Shown: in pieces, positions 13,301 through 26,621 of the stretch
Position numbering within the stretch: the stretch's first letter is position 1
How the letters are laid out: the number at the start of each line of letters is the position of its first letter
NCBI GenBank assembly: GCA_951406725.2
Contig: OX597818.1
Span: 61,132,001 to 61,196,000, forward strand
DNA: 64,000 nucleotides
Direction: 5' to 3'
DNA from: Octopus vulgaris
Taxonomy: Eukaryota
Notes under the pieces: model-generated
Database searches by the model: none
Seen by the model: the letters and a program-made list of their open reading frames with translations, nothing else
What the model was told of the DNA's origin: nothing
Made by a program: the position numbers and the translations under genes

Positions 13301-13475
13301 TTGTAATAAATGTGCACAAAAATTATAAAATGGGCAGAGAAAATGATGTTAATTCAACAAAACAATATATATTCATATATTTGTTTTGCAAGATTCTTGA
13401 TGTGAATTCGTGTGTTGAAACAAATATTGTTGTATTTGGGGATGGTCATGTTGCCAGTTTAGCCAATGAAAACGT

Positions 13476-13543
<68 letters not shown>

Positions 13544-13744
13544 TATGCAACTCAAACAGTGATAGACATAAACCAATACATAAATTCCTAGAAGGTATTG
13601 GAATATCCTTCAATCCAAAATAGCGGTTCCATCTTACCTGTAAGTTCCATAACATACAAAATTGAAATTAAATACACTCAATAAATGTAAGCTCTCAATA
13701 TAATAATAATCATAATAATATTAGGGAGTATAGCTCCACACACA

Positions 13745-14299
13745 TGAGGGTGAGTCAAAATGTAATGCCATTTTGTTTAGGACAGGTATAATTACCAGCA
13801 CAGGAACATGTATCATACATCAAAATGAAGCTGGTCCTCTATGGATCACATCCCTAATTCTCAACATAGTCACTGTTTCTCTGAATAGCAATGTTCCATC
13901 TTTGAATGAGAGTATGTATCCCTGCCCTGCAAAATTCTGTTGACTGTTCTTTGAGCCACTTCTTCACTACAAAGTCAAAGAGACAACACCTTCTTTCGAA
14001 GGCTCATAACAGGTGATGAAACATAGGCTCATCATTATGAATCGGAATCAAAGAGGCAGTCAATGGAATGGCGCCATTCTACGTCATCACCACTGAAAAA
14101 GTTCAAGATGCAAAAGTCAGCTGGAAAAACCATGGCGACTGTCTTTTGGGATTCTCAAGGTGTCATTCTGGCCAATTTCTCACCATAAGAAAAAACAATA
14201 AGCTCATAATAAGCTTCATCTTGAAGTATGATACATGTTCCTGTGCTGGTAATTATACCTGTCCTAAACAAAATGGCATTACTTTTTGACTCACCCTCG
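13745..14299. mobile_element. Internally deleted, rearranged mariner/Tc1 element with ~88-bp terminal inverted repeats
   Basis: TIRs are (C/T)GAGGGTGAGTCAAAA..GAAGCT at 13745-13832 and 14212-14299. Plus strand 14006-14205 reads ITGDET*AHHYESESKRQSMEWRH..KKFKMQKSAGKTMATVFWDSQGVIL. Minus strand 13970-13855 reads VVKKWLKEQSTEFCRAGIHTLIQRWNIAIQRNSDYVEN*. Confidence 0.9.
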
Positions 14300-14300
14300 A

Positions 14301-14366
<66 letters not shown>

Positions 14367-14452
14367 AAGGGTGAAAAGGAACACACGAGTTGATATATAT
14401 GAAAAAACAAGTCAAAATAGAAAATGCTAAAATAATTTTATAAAGAACATTT

Positions 14453-14490
14453 CAGTACCGGTTTCAGTCATTTTGAGACCTTTTCAACTG
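14453..14490 (-). ncRNA. Minimal type-I hammerhead-like motif (variant core) in a Penelope-type fragment (~14365-14625) between (AT)n tracts
   Basis: Minus strand reads CAG-TTGAAAA-GGTC(tcaaaat)GACT-GAAA-CCGG-TA-CTG. Confidence 0.45.
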
Positions 14491-14624
14491 TAACGATTAA
14501 AAAATTAAATTTGGAAAAATTAAAAGAAAAGTTTTTTTAAAGGAATATTTGTATAGTGTTCAAATATAAGTGGCATTCTGCCTTTCTCTGTCTCCCTTGT
14601 TTGCACTTGTGTGTTCGAGGTTGT

Positions 14625-14669
<45 letters not shown>

Positions 14670-14995
14670 CATGTGTTTTCATTGGCTAAACTGGCAACAT
14701 GACCATCCCCGAATACAACAATATATATTCAATCTTCATCTTAAAACTTAGTTTACCTGGAAGCCATATTATGTCCTCAGTCACACACCTTAAACTAAAT
14801 ATGATTAATAAAATTGGTCTAACAATAATAATGCTTCTTTTTCTTTTTAAACTAAAGATTGTCCATGTCAATGTATTTAAGAACCTGAAACAAATAGTGA
14901 GAAAATAACAGATAAAATGAAAGAATTATGGACTAAATTACTGGTATTCTTAAAAATTATGATGAAATGGACATTAATTACACAAGTGTACTTAC

Positions 14996-15121
14996 TTGTA
15001 TACCATTTAAGGGAAGCTAAAGGGTTTCCCCCAATGGCTGTGCAAGTTAACTTTGCAGATTCACCAGAGTGTACAGCACTACCAGGGTTGTAACCAGAAA
15101 TTGTCGGACTGGCAGGAGGAT
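14996..15121 (-). CDS. NPHS1-like: Nephrin-like gene, exon encoding N-terminal half of Ig domain 5
   Basis: Hand translation (Y)PPASPTISGYNPGSAVHSGESAKLTCTAIGGNPLASLKWYT. TAG acceptor at 15123-22, GTAAG at 14995; 126 bp, phase 1/1. Confidence 0.92.
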
Positions 15122-16912
15122 CTACAATAGGAAAAGCAAAGAGTTTGGTATATATATATATATATATATATATACTATTTACATTTCATGTGAGTTCAAG
15201 TAGAAACTGAACAATACTTCACACTATATGCGTGTCTTATGTCTAGACTAAACTTAGGTGGAATTTTGATGAAGCAGCATTTTATGCAAGTATTATGAGA
15301 AGTTTCAAAGATTTTCTTCAATTATAATTTGTAAAATATGAAGGAAAATCAGATTTGAGGAAATGTGATAATCATATTATGAATAATACTTTGACATCTC
15401 CAGCTCCAATAATTCTGTAAAAACTAGAAAAAAATCTATGATATTCACATAAACTAAAAAAAAAAAAAAGAAAAACTGCAAAAAAAACAAAAAAACTGAA
15501 CAAACAAAAAATCAAATTACAGTCAAAAGAATAGCAAAAAAAAATAGTAGCTGTGTCAATGACAGAGAATTATAACAAGGTAAATCTTTGTTTCTTTTCT
15601 GTATCATTAAAGACAACGACTTTAATATGATACCCCACGGAGATTTCCTGGAAACTACAGCCCAGCTACACTGTAAGGGGTTCCTTCATTATCTTGAGTA
15701 AAAATGCAAATGAATTAGCTTGAGGTTAGATTCTTGCATTAAATAATATAGCTAAATGTACAGATCTATTCACCTGACATTAACACTGTGCTGGATGCAA
15801 CTGTTGGCTACCATATGGGATTGAAACAACATAATACTGAAATTTATTATTAATTCTGCTTCAACTATTATCACCTGATACTAATTAATAAAAGTGGGGA
15901 CTAAACCTTTCGACAAACAAAACATTAACTACTCGGGATGGAACTAACTTTCATGATACAGACATTATAACAAAATGGTAACGTGATTTTTTTTTCTAAA
16001 ACCAGGTAAAGTCTGGCAAAAGAGCTGAAACTTGAATAGTTCTACTAATTAATAACCTGCACTGCAAACCATTTTGCAGGTGTTTTCTCAGCCCATTTCA
16101 AAATGGTACACATGCAATGACAGAATTCTATATTCTCAGGAATTGGAAACATTTCTGATCAAATCTGTTTCACTCCATGATTAGTGCTAATGTCATTTTA
16201 AAAAGTACAGATGTCAAATTTTCAGCTTTTATTTTGAATTCCCATTGAAGTAATTGATACCATCTATTGTCCACTTGCATGGAATAAATAAATATTTATC
16301 CTGAGAGGATAGTCTACACCCAGACGAGGACAAAAATTCAACAGGTTCCTCTTGTATGTCAGTTTATCAAGAGCCATGGAAGCTGTTGATATCAGGTTGG
16401 TTGGTGGTATTCAGTTTCTTCACTGCCTTTTACCTGTCAGCAGGTGGATGAGGACATTATATTATTATTATTATTATTATGCAGTCCATTTTGCTTATAT
16501 TGCATATACAATCACATAGTAATGGTGACAGAAACTGTGTAAATTACCCCAAGCACTTTAAGGAAAAAAGATTACTTTCTTGTTGACAGGCTTTTTGAAT
16601 CAATGGGGAGAAAAAACATACTTGCAAAATATAATGAAATTACTGAAAAATTCGAAGCTTTAGAGCAAAAGAAGTGCCAAGTTAATGAATAGCATTGTCT
16701 GGAAAACTAATTAAATATGGAGATTTATTCCAACAGACACGCCAAAACTAATCTTGTTTATGCATTAATGAGAATAATTTTCAAACATTGTAATTTAGAC
16801 TATAAAATTTGGCACAAACTAACAGAAACAAAACAAGTCACTCTTTCCTTACATCCTATGTGAAATATTATTAATGAGACAATCTAACACATTTATGGAA
16901 ATAAATACTTAC

Positions 16913-17212
16913 ACAGAACACTTAACGTAACTGAATCAGATGTTCCACCGACGACGTATTCATTCTTGGCAACACATGTGTACATAACATTATTGTCATT
17001 GCCCGTCAGGTTAACTTTGGTTATTGATGTTGAAATAAACCCTCCTTTAGGTGAACTCTTTACTTGGGTGTTTTCATCTGGAAGCTGTCTTCCCCTTGCA
17101 AACCAAGTGATCGTTGCTGCCGGATTACTGTTTGTTGAGACACATTTTAATGTCACAGTCTGTCCGGCTTTTGCAAGTCTGTGACCGGAGATTTTTACTT
17201 TCTTTGGAGGAA
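16913..17212 (-). CDS. NPHS1-like: Nephrin-like gene, exon encoding Ig domain 4
   Basis: Lies within ORF 16893-17246: PPKKVKISG..LKCVSTNSNPAATITWF..DNNVMYTCVAKN..TLSVL. CAG acceptor at 17214-13, GTAAG at 16912; 300 bp, phase 1/1. Confidence 0.95.
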
Positions 17213-17957
17213 CTGGAAAACCATAAATGAAACCATTTATGAACAATGTTTAAACACTCAAAGAGTAGTTAAACATGAGAAAAATATTATGAGTGGAATG
17301 ATATACAAAGAACTGAAGTAGAATGGATATAAGAGCTAGATATCAACTGCTGTTAGAGACACTGTATTTCATTCAGCAATCGTAATACACCACCAAATAT
17401 ATTTAAGGTTTAAAAGCCAATGCTGTGTCTTACCTGCATTAAAAGTGCAATCCAATCACTTTTAAGTTATCTCTGTAGATATTCTATAGAATTGAAAGCC
17501 AACACTGAATAACCATCCATGAATACATTGCTTAAACAGCCACTAAGCTTAGCAGTGCAACACTAATGAATAGACCAGTTTACAGTGCTGGCTCTAAATT
17601 GTATAGAATACATGTAGAGATAACTTTAAAATGATAAGAGCTAGAAATAGAAGGTGACATGATGGAAGGTGAAAGTGAATTTTCAATTCTGGACAGAGAA
17701 TTAGATGGATAAGTTATTGAAACCAATTCCGGTTGTATGACAAAATAAAAAAAACAATGTTGAAGTAGAAAGAACGAAAACCAACAAGAGTTTGAAGCTG
17801 AATAGGATGAACCACAGAGAACAGACAGATGCACAATCAGGTACAAATTTCCTGCAACTGTGTTTTTGATACTAGCACTTTTCTACCTAGGTGGTTTATT
17901 TTTAACTGCTCCTCTGTGGCTTATGATTATACGTGTATATATACAAGTATGTATAAA

Positions 17958-18345
17958 TCTCTATATAAAGCTGAAGTCGTCTGTGTATGGCAGGTTTGGT
18001 AGCCTTCAACTAACACTATCTCCTCCGAGACCCTGCGGCACAAGTTGACCAAAATTGAAAGTATAATAGAAGAAGGCGTGCTCTTCCTTCCGTAGAAGAA
18101 AAAATTCAAATCGGACCACGTTAACACCAAAAATTATTTATATCAAAAAGGTGCTTTTTTTCTATGAAAATCCCTATTATTTACGATTTTTTGACTGCTG
18201 TGTCGCCATTTTTTGGTGTATTTCAACCAGAAAAATGTTAGCTTAAAGGGAATAACAAGCTACATAATGCGAAATTTTTACTTTTCAAAAATTCCAATTC
18301 TAAAGGGTCAACACAAACCCGAGCAACGCTGGGCGATACTGCTAG
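17958..18345 (+). mobile_element. Non-autonomous Helitron-like element
   Basis: Inserted A|TC..CTAG|T with subterminal hairpin CCCGAGCAACGCTGGG. A closely similar copy is at 46165-46552. Confidence 0.75.
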
Positions 18346-19759
18346 TAGTAGAATAAGTTCAGCATGATCATTAACCTTATTTAACACCTGTGGAATGGTA
18401 CGGAGCTATGCAGATCAAGGTGAGATTCCTAAATCTGGTTGTAGACCAAACATTGTTGTCTCGAAAACATCAGGTCTTTGAAGCACTTTGGGTTACGTCT
18501 ATACTCAAAGTTTGTGAAATGAGTTTCCCTTTGTACTGGTTACTTCTGTAAGATTTCCACTTGTACACAATGCATTGTACTTTTTGGAATTCCCATTAAG
18601 AACATGATATAACCACTTCCTTTGTCTTTGTCTATGTTTATTTTCATTCAATTAGGAGTGAAACATTAGTTTAAGCAACTGAACGTTCCCAATATGGCCA
18701 CACCATCAAAACTGATGTGGTGTAATCATAGTTTCTATGCAGGAGATAGTGGCTTGCTCAAGTACACTAACTTTCCTGTTTGTTCTGCTACTGAAGGTGC
18801 ATGATTTTAATGGAGTTACAAAAAATAGTTCTTCTCAATACAGCTGATAAAAACAAGCAAAAAAGCAAATGTTTAGAAAAGTCTAAAAATAAAAAAGAAA
18901 GAAAAGAAAAACACAGCTGAATAATTTTACATATAAATGAATATTTCCTTCTCAGAATTCTTTCATTGGAAGGTAAACTTAGAAACTAAAGTGATGGATA
19001 ATATTTTGTAATTTTTCTGAAAGCTAAAACAAACGAAAGGATTAAAGATAGAATATGGTGATGATGATGATGATGACAATAAATAAATGTATTTTTAGTC
19101 TCTCACTAATACATTAACCACTGTAGTTAATCATGAAAGACATTACAGGAATGATGATGCAAATATATGGTCTGCATATAACCTCTTAATATACATCTCA
19201 GATACTTTCCCACACAAACACACACACATACAAGTAATAACAGAAGCAAAAATAGTATTCAATATTGAATGTAGAGTTATGATTAGATGTAACTGTTCAT
19301 CATTGTCATTCAACTTCTACCTTCTACAACACTGGCATGGTTGGACAGCTTGACAAAATCCACAGGGTTATGATGCCCATAGTTTCTACAGCTGGATGCC
19401 CTTCCTAATATCAACCCCTTTACAAAGTACGGCATTTAAGAAGGATACTTAAAAGACATATAAGAGAGAAATTTGAACAACAACAAACTTTGCTTGGATA
19501 AGTTTGAAACAAAAAGATGGGACAGGTTTGCTCCTGTTACTGAACTGCTCTAAACAAGCGCCATCCCATCACTAATTGCCCTTCAAAAACAGACTCTTGT
19601 GCTGCAGGGTGCAGATGGATAGTAGCACTGTTTAAATCTTAACCCGAATCAATTCAAAACAACTTCAGAATGCACTTTTATCTTCATATTCAGTTTTACA
19701 GAAACTAGAAAAGAAATTTTAAAAAAATTCCATGTCTGTTGACGGAATTTGGTCTTTAA

Positions 19760-19981
19760 CCTTTTCAATACCAAACTGGCTGAAACCAGCTCTGGCTCTG
19801 TAGTAAAAATGTCTTGTCTTCATAAGTTTTGAATTAAAATCTTCCACCAAACCTCAGTCACAATTTATGTTCCTAACACTAGCTTAATGATAACTAAGTT
19901 ATTTTACTAAATTCTTTGTTATATCTAAAATTAAGTGAAAGAAACACAGAGCATCTCAAAAGAAATATGGTAACGAAAGGG
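19760..19981. mobile_element. piggyBac-type MITE with TTAA target duplication
   Basis: TTAA|CCTTTTCAATACCA ... TGGTAACGAAAGGG|TTAA; imperfect 14-bp TIRs. Confidence 0.7.
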
Positions 19982-21044
19982 TTAAATGAATCTAAGTCTA
20001 TCCTGTTCAAAATTAATCCATTATCCTTGAGGAAAGTGCACCATATAAACATGAATTCATCCACTCAAACTCCCACTAAAAACTATTTAACAATGACAAA
20101 CTTTTCATTCTATTTGCTTTAAATAAGATTTGCTTTAAATCAAAGGTCTGAATTATAAGGTTTCTGCAAACACACTTCTAAATATCTATCTTGTAATTAA
20201 ATAATTAAACAATTAATCTTTTTGAAGTCTGAGTAACAATTTGTCAAGCTTCAGCTTTCAATAATGTGTGTGTGTGTGTGTGTGTGAGGCCTATTAGTTA
20301 GGGAGTTGGATTCATGATGATATGGTTGTGGGTTTCATTCATAGACCAGGCATCATACTGTGTCCACAAATAAGGTAATTCATTCAATGCTGCTCCAGCC
20401 AAGTTCTGGTGAAACCCTCTCTCCCTTCCAGCTATCACATCCTGTATGTTTCAGTGAGAGGGCTAAGAGGGAGTCGTTGTCATCTGCTCTTGGCTACATA
20501 GGGGCCCAAAGCAATAAACGAAAGTATGGCACAGGTTACCGAGTCACATTAGCTCGTGGGAGATGGCTAGGGCTTTATACACACAGACACACAGCATAGA
20601 GTGTGATCATATGTACTGTAAGTATAAATATAGGAGGAAACAAGCTCTGGGGTCGATTGGCTTGACTAAAGGCAGTGCTCCAGCATGGCCACAGTCAAAT
20701 GACTGAAACAAGTAAAAGAGTAAAGAGCAAACCACTTTAATACCTGAATGGCTGTGATTATTTCCATTGTTTTCAACATCAGAAATATCCCATGACAGAG
20801 TTAAATGCAGTGGTTGTGGAAATATTATAAGTTAGCTAACATTTTCACTAAACAATGCAATAAGAATAGAAGTGTAAAAATAGAAGGAACGATGAGATAG
20901 CGAGCGAAATGTCAGAAGTCAGACACACAGACAGAAATTATGAGCTATATAAATGTTGTATATCCAAAAACTGACAAATACGTTGACTATGTGTGTGTGT
21001 GTGTGTGTGTGTAAAATGAAAGAATCTTATTCAAATTCAACGAA

Positions 21045-21464
21045 ACTCTTTTTTACTCTTTTACTCTTTTACTTCTTTCAGTCATTTGACTGCGGCCATG
21101 CTGGAGCACCGCCTTTAGTCGAGCAACTCGACCCATGGACTTATTCTTTTTGTAAGCCCAGTACTTATTCTATCGGTCTCTTTTTGCCGAACCGCTAAGT
21201 GACAGGGACGTAAACACACCAGCAGCGGTTGTCAAGCAATGCTAGGGGAACAAACACAGACACACAAACACACACACATACATACATATATATATATATA
21301 CGACAGGCTTCTTTCAGTTTCCGTCAACCAAATCCACTCACAAGGCATTGGTCGGCCCGGGGCTACAGCAGAAGACACTTGCCCAAGATGCCACGCAGTG
21401 GGACTGAACCCAGAACCATGTGGTTGGTTAGCAAGCTACTTACCACACAGCCACTCCTGAGCCT
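21045..21464 (-). mobile_element. SINE family A, full length (tRNA-like head, CORE-like CCTTGGGCAAGT, internal AT/GT microsatellite, GTAAAAGA tail)
   Basis: Closely similar to more than 10 other copies in the window. Confidence 0.9.
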
Positions 21465-21984
21465 AAACTGTTCACAAACTGTTGCATTATTCGTATCAAT
21501 TAGCACTTTACCAATCACACCTCCAAGAGGAACCTTACATCCACTGCTATGACTTGTAAATGAATGTTCATTCAATTAAATATTTCATCATGCTGATTGG
21601 GACCGGATGATTTATCAACTGAGAAATCTTGGAGAATCAAGTTATAACACATACATACACACATACACACACGCACACACTTCTGATGTTGCTGATTAAG
21701 GGAAGTGCAGTTCAAGAACTGAATTGTTACCTCAGAGCTTAATGAAATAAATGTTTATATTACTGTGTCAGAATATTTGAGATGCATACACACATATATA
21801 TAAATACATATGTATGTAAATGTTTTACAACTTAATCTATAACTGAAAGCATATGAAACCATTTCTCGTCTATATTTTACTACATAAAAAAAATAATAAT
21901 TCAATAATAAATAACATAAATAAAGGAATAATCTTGTCTTTTCTTGGCTGTGCTATTTACTTTATTATGCCGCCACCGACAACA

Positions 21985-22570
21985 ACAACAACAATAATAA
22001 TAATCGCTCTCGTGGTTTCTGATCTTAACTAATTGGAAGTGTTATCATATACATTGTTTTCTCTTGGTATAAAAGATGGGCTACAGCAGATATTCTGCTC
22101 AATACCACAGATTTGCTTGTCAGTTGTTTGACCGTAACCAGCTGAGCATGTCCCTTAGTGGCTGACGATATGTGCATCTCTGATCATGAGCAGAAGTAGT
22201 GGGGGAGTATCATAACCATGTGTTGAGAGGGATTCTTTGGGGTTTGAATAATTCTCCTCTGGAAACATGGTTGTTTCATTTAACATCCTTAAACAACCCT
22301 TATTCAGGGACCTTTTGAGTAGGATGGGCTACTCGATCAGAACAAAATTCTAACTGGGCCCCATCTGCAAGGTCATGCACTGTTTATCTTGATATGAGAT
22401 CACCATGTCGCGCACATATGGTTGTGATGCATGTGCCTAGTGTACCCTTATCAGACGGGTAGTCATGATGGGTATACTGGGCTTCGTATACTTTACCCCA
22501 GTGTCACTTTGATGACATGCCCTGCTCTCTCACTAAATAATAATAATAATAACAATAATAATAATAATGA
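21985..22570 (+). mobile_element. ~550-bp repeat-like segment embedded in an (AAT)n microsatellite, probably a LINE 3' UTR
   Basis: Relatively GC-rich block flanked on both sides by AAC/AAT repeats and ending ..CTCTCACT-AAATAATAAT. The family assignment is from recollection only. Confidence 0.45.
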
Positions 22571-22720
22571 ACATCATTACTGAGTCAAATAGTTCTAGAC
22601 GACTGATTTTTAAATTAGTTAAGATAAAGATAAACCAACAGCATGTTAGTAATTTAGTCATAAACTGAAGACCAAATATTGTTTCAAGGAAATAAAAAGA
22701 AAACAATTGTAAGAAAACCG

Positions 22721-22750
22721 AATAATAATAATAGCAATAATAATAATAAC

Positions 22751-22782
<32 letters not shown>

Positions 22783-22908
22783 TAACAATAATAACAATAA
22801 CAATAATAACAATAATAATAATAACAATAATAGTAATAACAATAATAATAATAATAATAATAATAATAATTTTAATAATAATGATAATAATAATAATAAT
22901 AATAATAT
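22721..22908. repeat. (AAT/AAC)n microsatellite, ~190 bp, about 80 bp from the Ig3 exon donor
   Basis: Directly visible; it is the source of the poly-Asn pseudo-ORF 22679-23008. Confidence 0.95.
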
Positions 22909-22990
22909 TTCATGTCAAATTATTCATACTTCATTAGTACATGACATATATTTGAACCAGAACATTTTACATAAACTGTTATCAACTTAC

Positions 22991-23281
22991 AGTGCACTGT
23001 TAGCTTGAAAGATGCAACTAATGGCTTCACTGTTGCAGTATTCGATGCTTCACATTTGAAAATAGCATCATTATCAGAAGATTCAACAGTTAAGGTTAGG
23101 TCATTTTCTGCCTTATTCTGTTCGGTGAAGTAAGACCGGTCAATTTCTTTGTTATTCTTATACCAGATAACAAGTGCAGGAGGATTACCACCTTCAGAAA
23201 CACATTTCAAGTGCAAGGTATCATTAATGCGGACTACTTGACCTTCGTGATAACCGCTGATGTGAGGTTCGCCTGGTGGGA
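22991..23281 (-). CDS. NPHS1-like: Nephrin-like gene, exon encoding Ig domain 3
   Basis: Lies within ORF 22920-23447: PPGEPHISGY..LKCVSEGGNPPALVIWYKNN..DNDAIFKCEASN..KLTVH. CAG acceptor at 23283-82, GTAAG at 22990; 291 bp, phase 1/1. Confidence 0.95.
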
Positions 23282-23958
23282 CTGAAATAACAAGAAAAAC
23301 ATATTTATATACAAGTGAGTGTCTGTGTGTGTGTGTGTGTGTGGTAACACAGAAGCTATATATTCTAAACGGTAAACTTTTAAAAACTACCGTTCTTATA
23401 AATATATATTTATTTGGATTTTGGTAAACGCATGACAAACAATTCACTGGAATTTAAATCATCAATCTTAATTATCATAATTATACTTCTTCAATAGTTA
23501 ATTCATTAACGTAAACGATATTTTTTCTCCAATTTTCAATTTTGATTTTCCTCATTCAGATATTACGAAACAAACTTTTAGAAAATCTTTTCTTATTCAG
23601 TAAAATACTATTCTTAATTAAAAATGAAGATAATTTACTGTAATCTTAGCTTGTAAAGGAAAAATCTCATCAGAAAGTAAAAAAGAATGTTCTGGGAAGA
23701 AATTGCCATTCATTTTCCCCTTTCAAAAATATTCCATATTATAGAACGACTAACGACAAACATAAATATTTTTTAATTTAATACAATCAATGATAGAACA
23801 CAACATTCAATATATTTGAAATACTGACATATTTGATTGTCGAGAAAAGTAATATTACAGATAAATGTGAACATTAAATAATGATGATGATGATGATGAT
23901 AACTGTTTATAATTTAGGCACAAAGCCTTTTTTTCTCTCCTTGTTTTTTTCTGTGTCC

Positions 23959-23994
23959 CTTTCTGTCGAAGAGCGTAGGCTCGAAACGTAAAAG
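23959..23994 (+). ncRNA. Minimal hammerhead-like motif in a Penelope-type fragment (23930-24086)
   Basis: CTTT-CTGTCGA-A-GAGC(gtag)GCTC-GAAA-CG-TA-AAAG. A second, more degenerate copy lies on the minus strand at ~8049-8084. Confidence 0.5.
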
Positions 23995-24924
23995 ACTTTT
24001 TCTATTCCTGAGCGTTATTCTAATACATCTGTTTGTTTTCTACACCACCTGTCTTCGTCGTTTGTTTTTTTCGTAAACTCTCCCCATATATCATCCCCAA
24101 TACCTGTTCGGTACTTTATAAATCTACCAGTCTACTGAACAACTAACACTCCAGAGATGTTTATATGCAAGGAACTGGATACAAACAACATTGTTTATGG
24201 AGATTCTTGTTCACAGATCAAGAAGCCCAGACTGGATTGCCAGTCAATGTCACTGGCAGGAAAGCTTTCCTTACTAACTAGTGAACACGAGAGACATGCA
24301 CACACATATCTATATACCTATAGAGGTTTGGATTTTGACTGCCCTTTCTAGCATGTAAGGTGTCCTGTCAAAGGTTACCTCTTTTGTGTATAAATACTTA
24401 ACTGTTTGTATACTATTATATGAGTATATATATATATTTTCAGTAAAATTAATATATGTGAGTGTGTTATATATATATATATATATATATCATCATCATC
24501 ATCGAAAATGAAATCAACACCCACCTAGGGACGTTGATGATGATGATGGGATTATATATATATATATATATATATACATACATACACCACACACCCATAC
24601 ACCACAAGAACAACGAACTGCTTCAGTTTCTATCAACTGAATCCACTGATAAGGCTTCAGTTGGTCTGGGGCAATAGTCAAAGTCACTCGTCCAAGGTGC
24701 TGCACAGTGAGACTGAACTTAGAACCAAGAGGTTGGAAAGGAAACCTCTCAAACACACAGTGATGCCTGCACCTGAGTGGGACTTGAACTCAGAATGTAA
24801 AGAGCTGACACAAATCATAAGTTTTTTTTTTTTTTGGTCTGGCGTTTTAATGATCTATCTGCAAGTTCAATGACTGAATAATGATGATAATAAAATAACC
24901 ACCTGTGTACCATATTTAATGTAC

Positions 24925-25390
24925 GTACATTGTGCCCGTGCTAGTAGGGTGCTAAGAGCACCATCTGAGAGTGATTGTTGCCATAGCGGCTGACTGACTT
25001 CTGTGCTGGTGGCATGTAAAAGGCACCATTCGAGCGTGATCGTTACCAGCTTCACCTTACTGGCACCCATGCCGGTGGCATGTAAACGGCACCATTTGAG
25101 TGTGATCGTTACCAGGGTCGCCTCACTGGCACCTGTGCTGGTGGCATGTGTAAAATGATTTGAGCAAGGTTGTTGCCAGTACCACCTGACTGGCCTCCGT
25201 GCCAGTGGCATGTAAAAAGCACTCACTACACTCTTGGAGTGGTTGGCGTTAGGAAGGGCATCCAGCTGTAGAAACTCTGCCAGATCAAGATTGGAGCCTG
25301 GTGCAGCCATCCGGTTCGCCAGTCCTCAGCCAAAATCGTCCAACCCATGCTAGCATGGAAAGCGGATTTTAAACAATGATGATGATGATA
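24925..25390 (+). mobile_element. RTE-tail repeat (family C) with internal tandem GGTGGCATGTAAAA units and (GAT)n tail
   Basis: Repeated ~60-bp units followed by GTTGGCGTTAGGAAGGGCATCCAGC and a GAT tail. Confidence 0.8.
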
Positions 25391-25698
25391 TCGCTGATAG
25401 GCAAGTTACTGCAGTATGCATTCAAGAAAACAGCTCCTATGGACATGCAGTGTTTAAAAACACAGTACATATCAGAAGGAGGCAAAAAATTGTGATAGCA
25501 GTAGCAGCTAGCCAGAATACAAAATGAATTTCAGCCTAGTTAGGCCTCATCAGTGGCCTGTAGTCCAACAAGCCACATACCTAGACAAGATTTAGTGCCT
25601 CTGATATAGGAAGCAGTGAATAAAACATTCACTGGTATTGTGAAAAGCCACCTGGCTAAATAAACATTCAGTGTATGTAATTAAAGCTGTATACATAA

Positions 25699-26099
25699 CT
25701 TGCGGTATCGCCCGGCGTTGCTCGGGTTTGTAAGGGAAATAACAATATAAGCATTTTTAGAGATGTAAAGTATAATAGCCATCTCAATATGGCTAACCAC
25801 AAAGGGTGGGTGTTACTGTAGCTTTTTACGTTCTGAGATTTAATAATAAATTTTTAGAGAGTTACTTCCCTTATATAAACCGAGCGAAAATGCATTAAAA
25901 ATCCGGAAAAATTATGGTAAATTTTTTTTTTAATTGTAGACTCATCGTAGACGTGTGCTAATACCCAGAAGTGCTCGATATGAATCACGACTATAAGATA
26001 CCCGGTTTTGGTTAAAATGCACCGCAAAATGTGGGAGTAGTTAGGAATCTAAATCATAGGAGACAGACACTCACACAACTTCACTTTTATATATAAAGA
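25699..26099 (-). mobile_element. Non-autonomous Helitron-like element (second subfamily)
   Basis: Minus strand A|TCTTTATATATAAAAG..CAAACCCGAGCAACGCCGGGCGATACCGCAAG|T; its 3' end is shared with the copies at 17958 and 46165. Confidence 0.7.
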
Positions 26100-26294
26100 T
26101 TTCTGTAAAAGTGAGTAGTTTCTCTTTTAAGGACAACAAATATCTGGAAGTAAATTGCAAGGTACTTTACTGAGATAAGCATACTGTACTTGCCCCAACC
26201 TCAGTAAAAGATTGAGAAAGTACAAGTGGAATTGATAACAGAACATTCAAAATCAAATTCAATCAAAAATCGAAGAAAGAAAAGTGGTTCTTAC

Positions 26295-26621
26295 AAGATA
26301 TACTAAGTTGTACGAAAGTTTCAAGAGGAGGTCCTTGTACAGCATCGTTTGAAGCTTGACAACTTAGTAAAGCATCATTGTAATTAAACTTGGGTCTGTA
26401 AGTTAGAACACTTATTGCTGTTGATAGTTTCTCCCCAGGCTTTGTCTCTGTCCGATATGAAATGCCTGTCGTGATTTTCTCTCCATCCTTGAACCACTCT
26501 AAGCGAGCAGCCGGACGGCCATTATGTGCAACACATTCTAATTTTATCTCATCTTGTGTGTATGGGATGTCAATAGTGGAGGCATTCTTGTGTCCAACTA
26601 TTTTTGGAACATCAGGAGGGA
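26295..26621 (-). CDS. NPHS1-like: Nephrin-like gene, exon encoding Ig domain 2
   Basis: Lies within ORF 26263-26664: PPDVPKI..IKLECVAHNGRPAARLEWFKDG..LSCQASNDAV..VQLSIS. AG at 26623-22, GTAAG at 26294; 327 bp, phase 1/1. Confidence 0.95.

Larger units (their letters stand above)
13424..14724. repeat. ~50-bp inverted repeat pair (13424-13473 / 14675-14724), each arm next to an (AT)n tract
   Basis: ATATTGTTGTATTTGGGGATGGTCATGTTGCCAGTTTAGCCAATGAAAAC versus its reverse complement, with one mismatch. Confidence 0.85.

Noticed and set aside
22679-23008. 109-aa poly-Asn ORF on the + strand
   Set aside because: It is an (AAT)n microsatellite read-through overlapping the minus-strand exon end.
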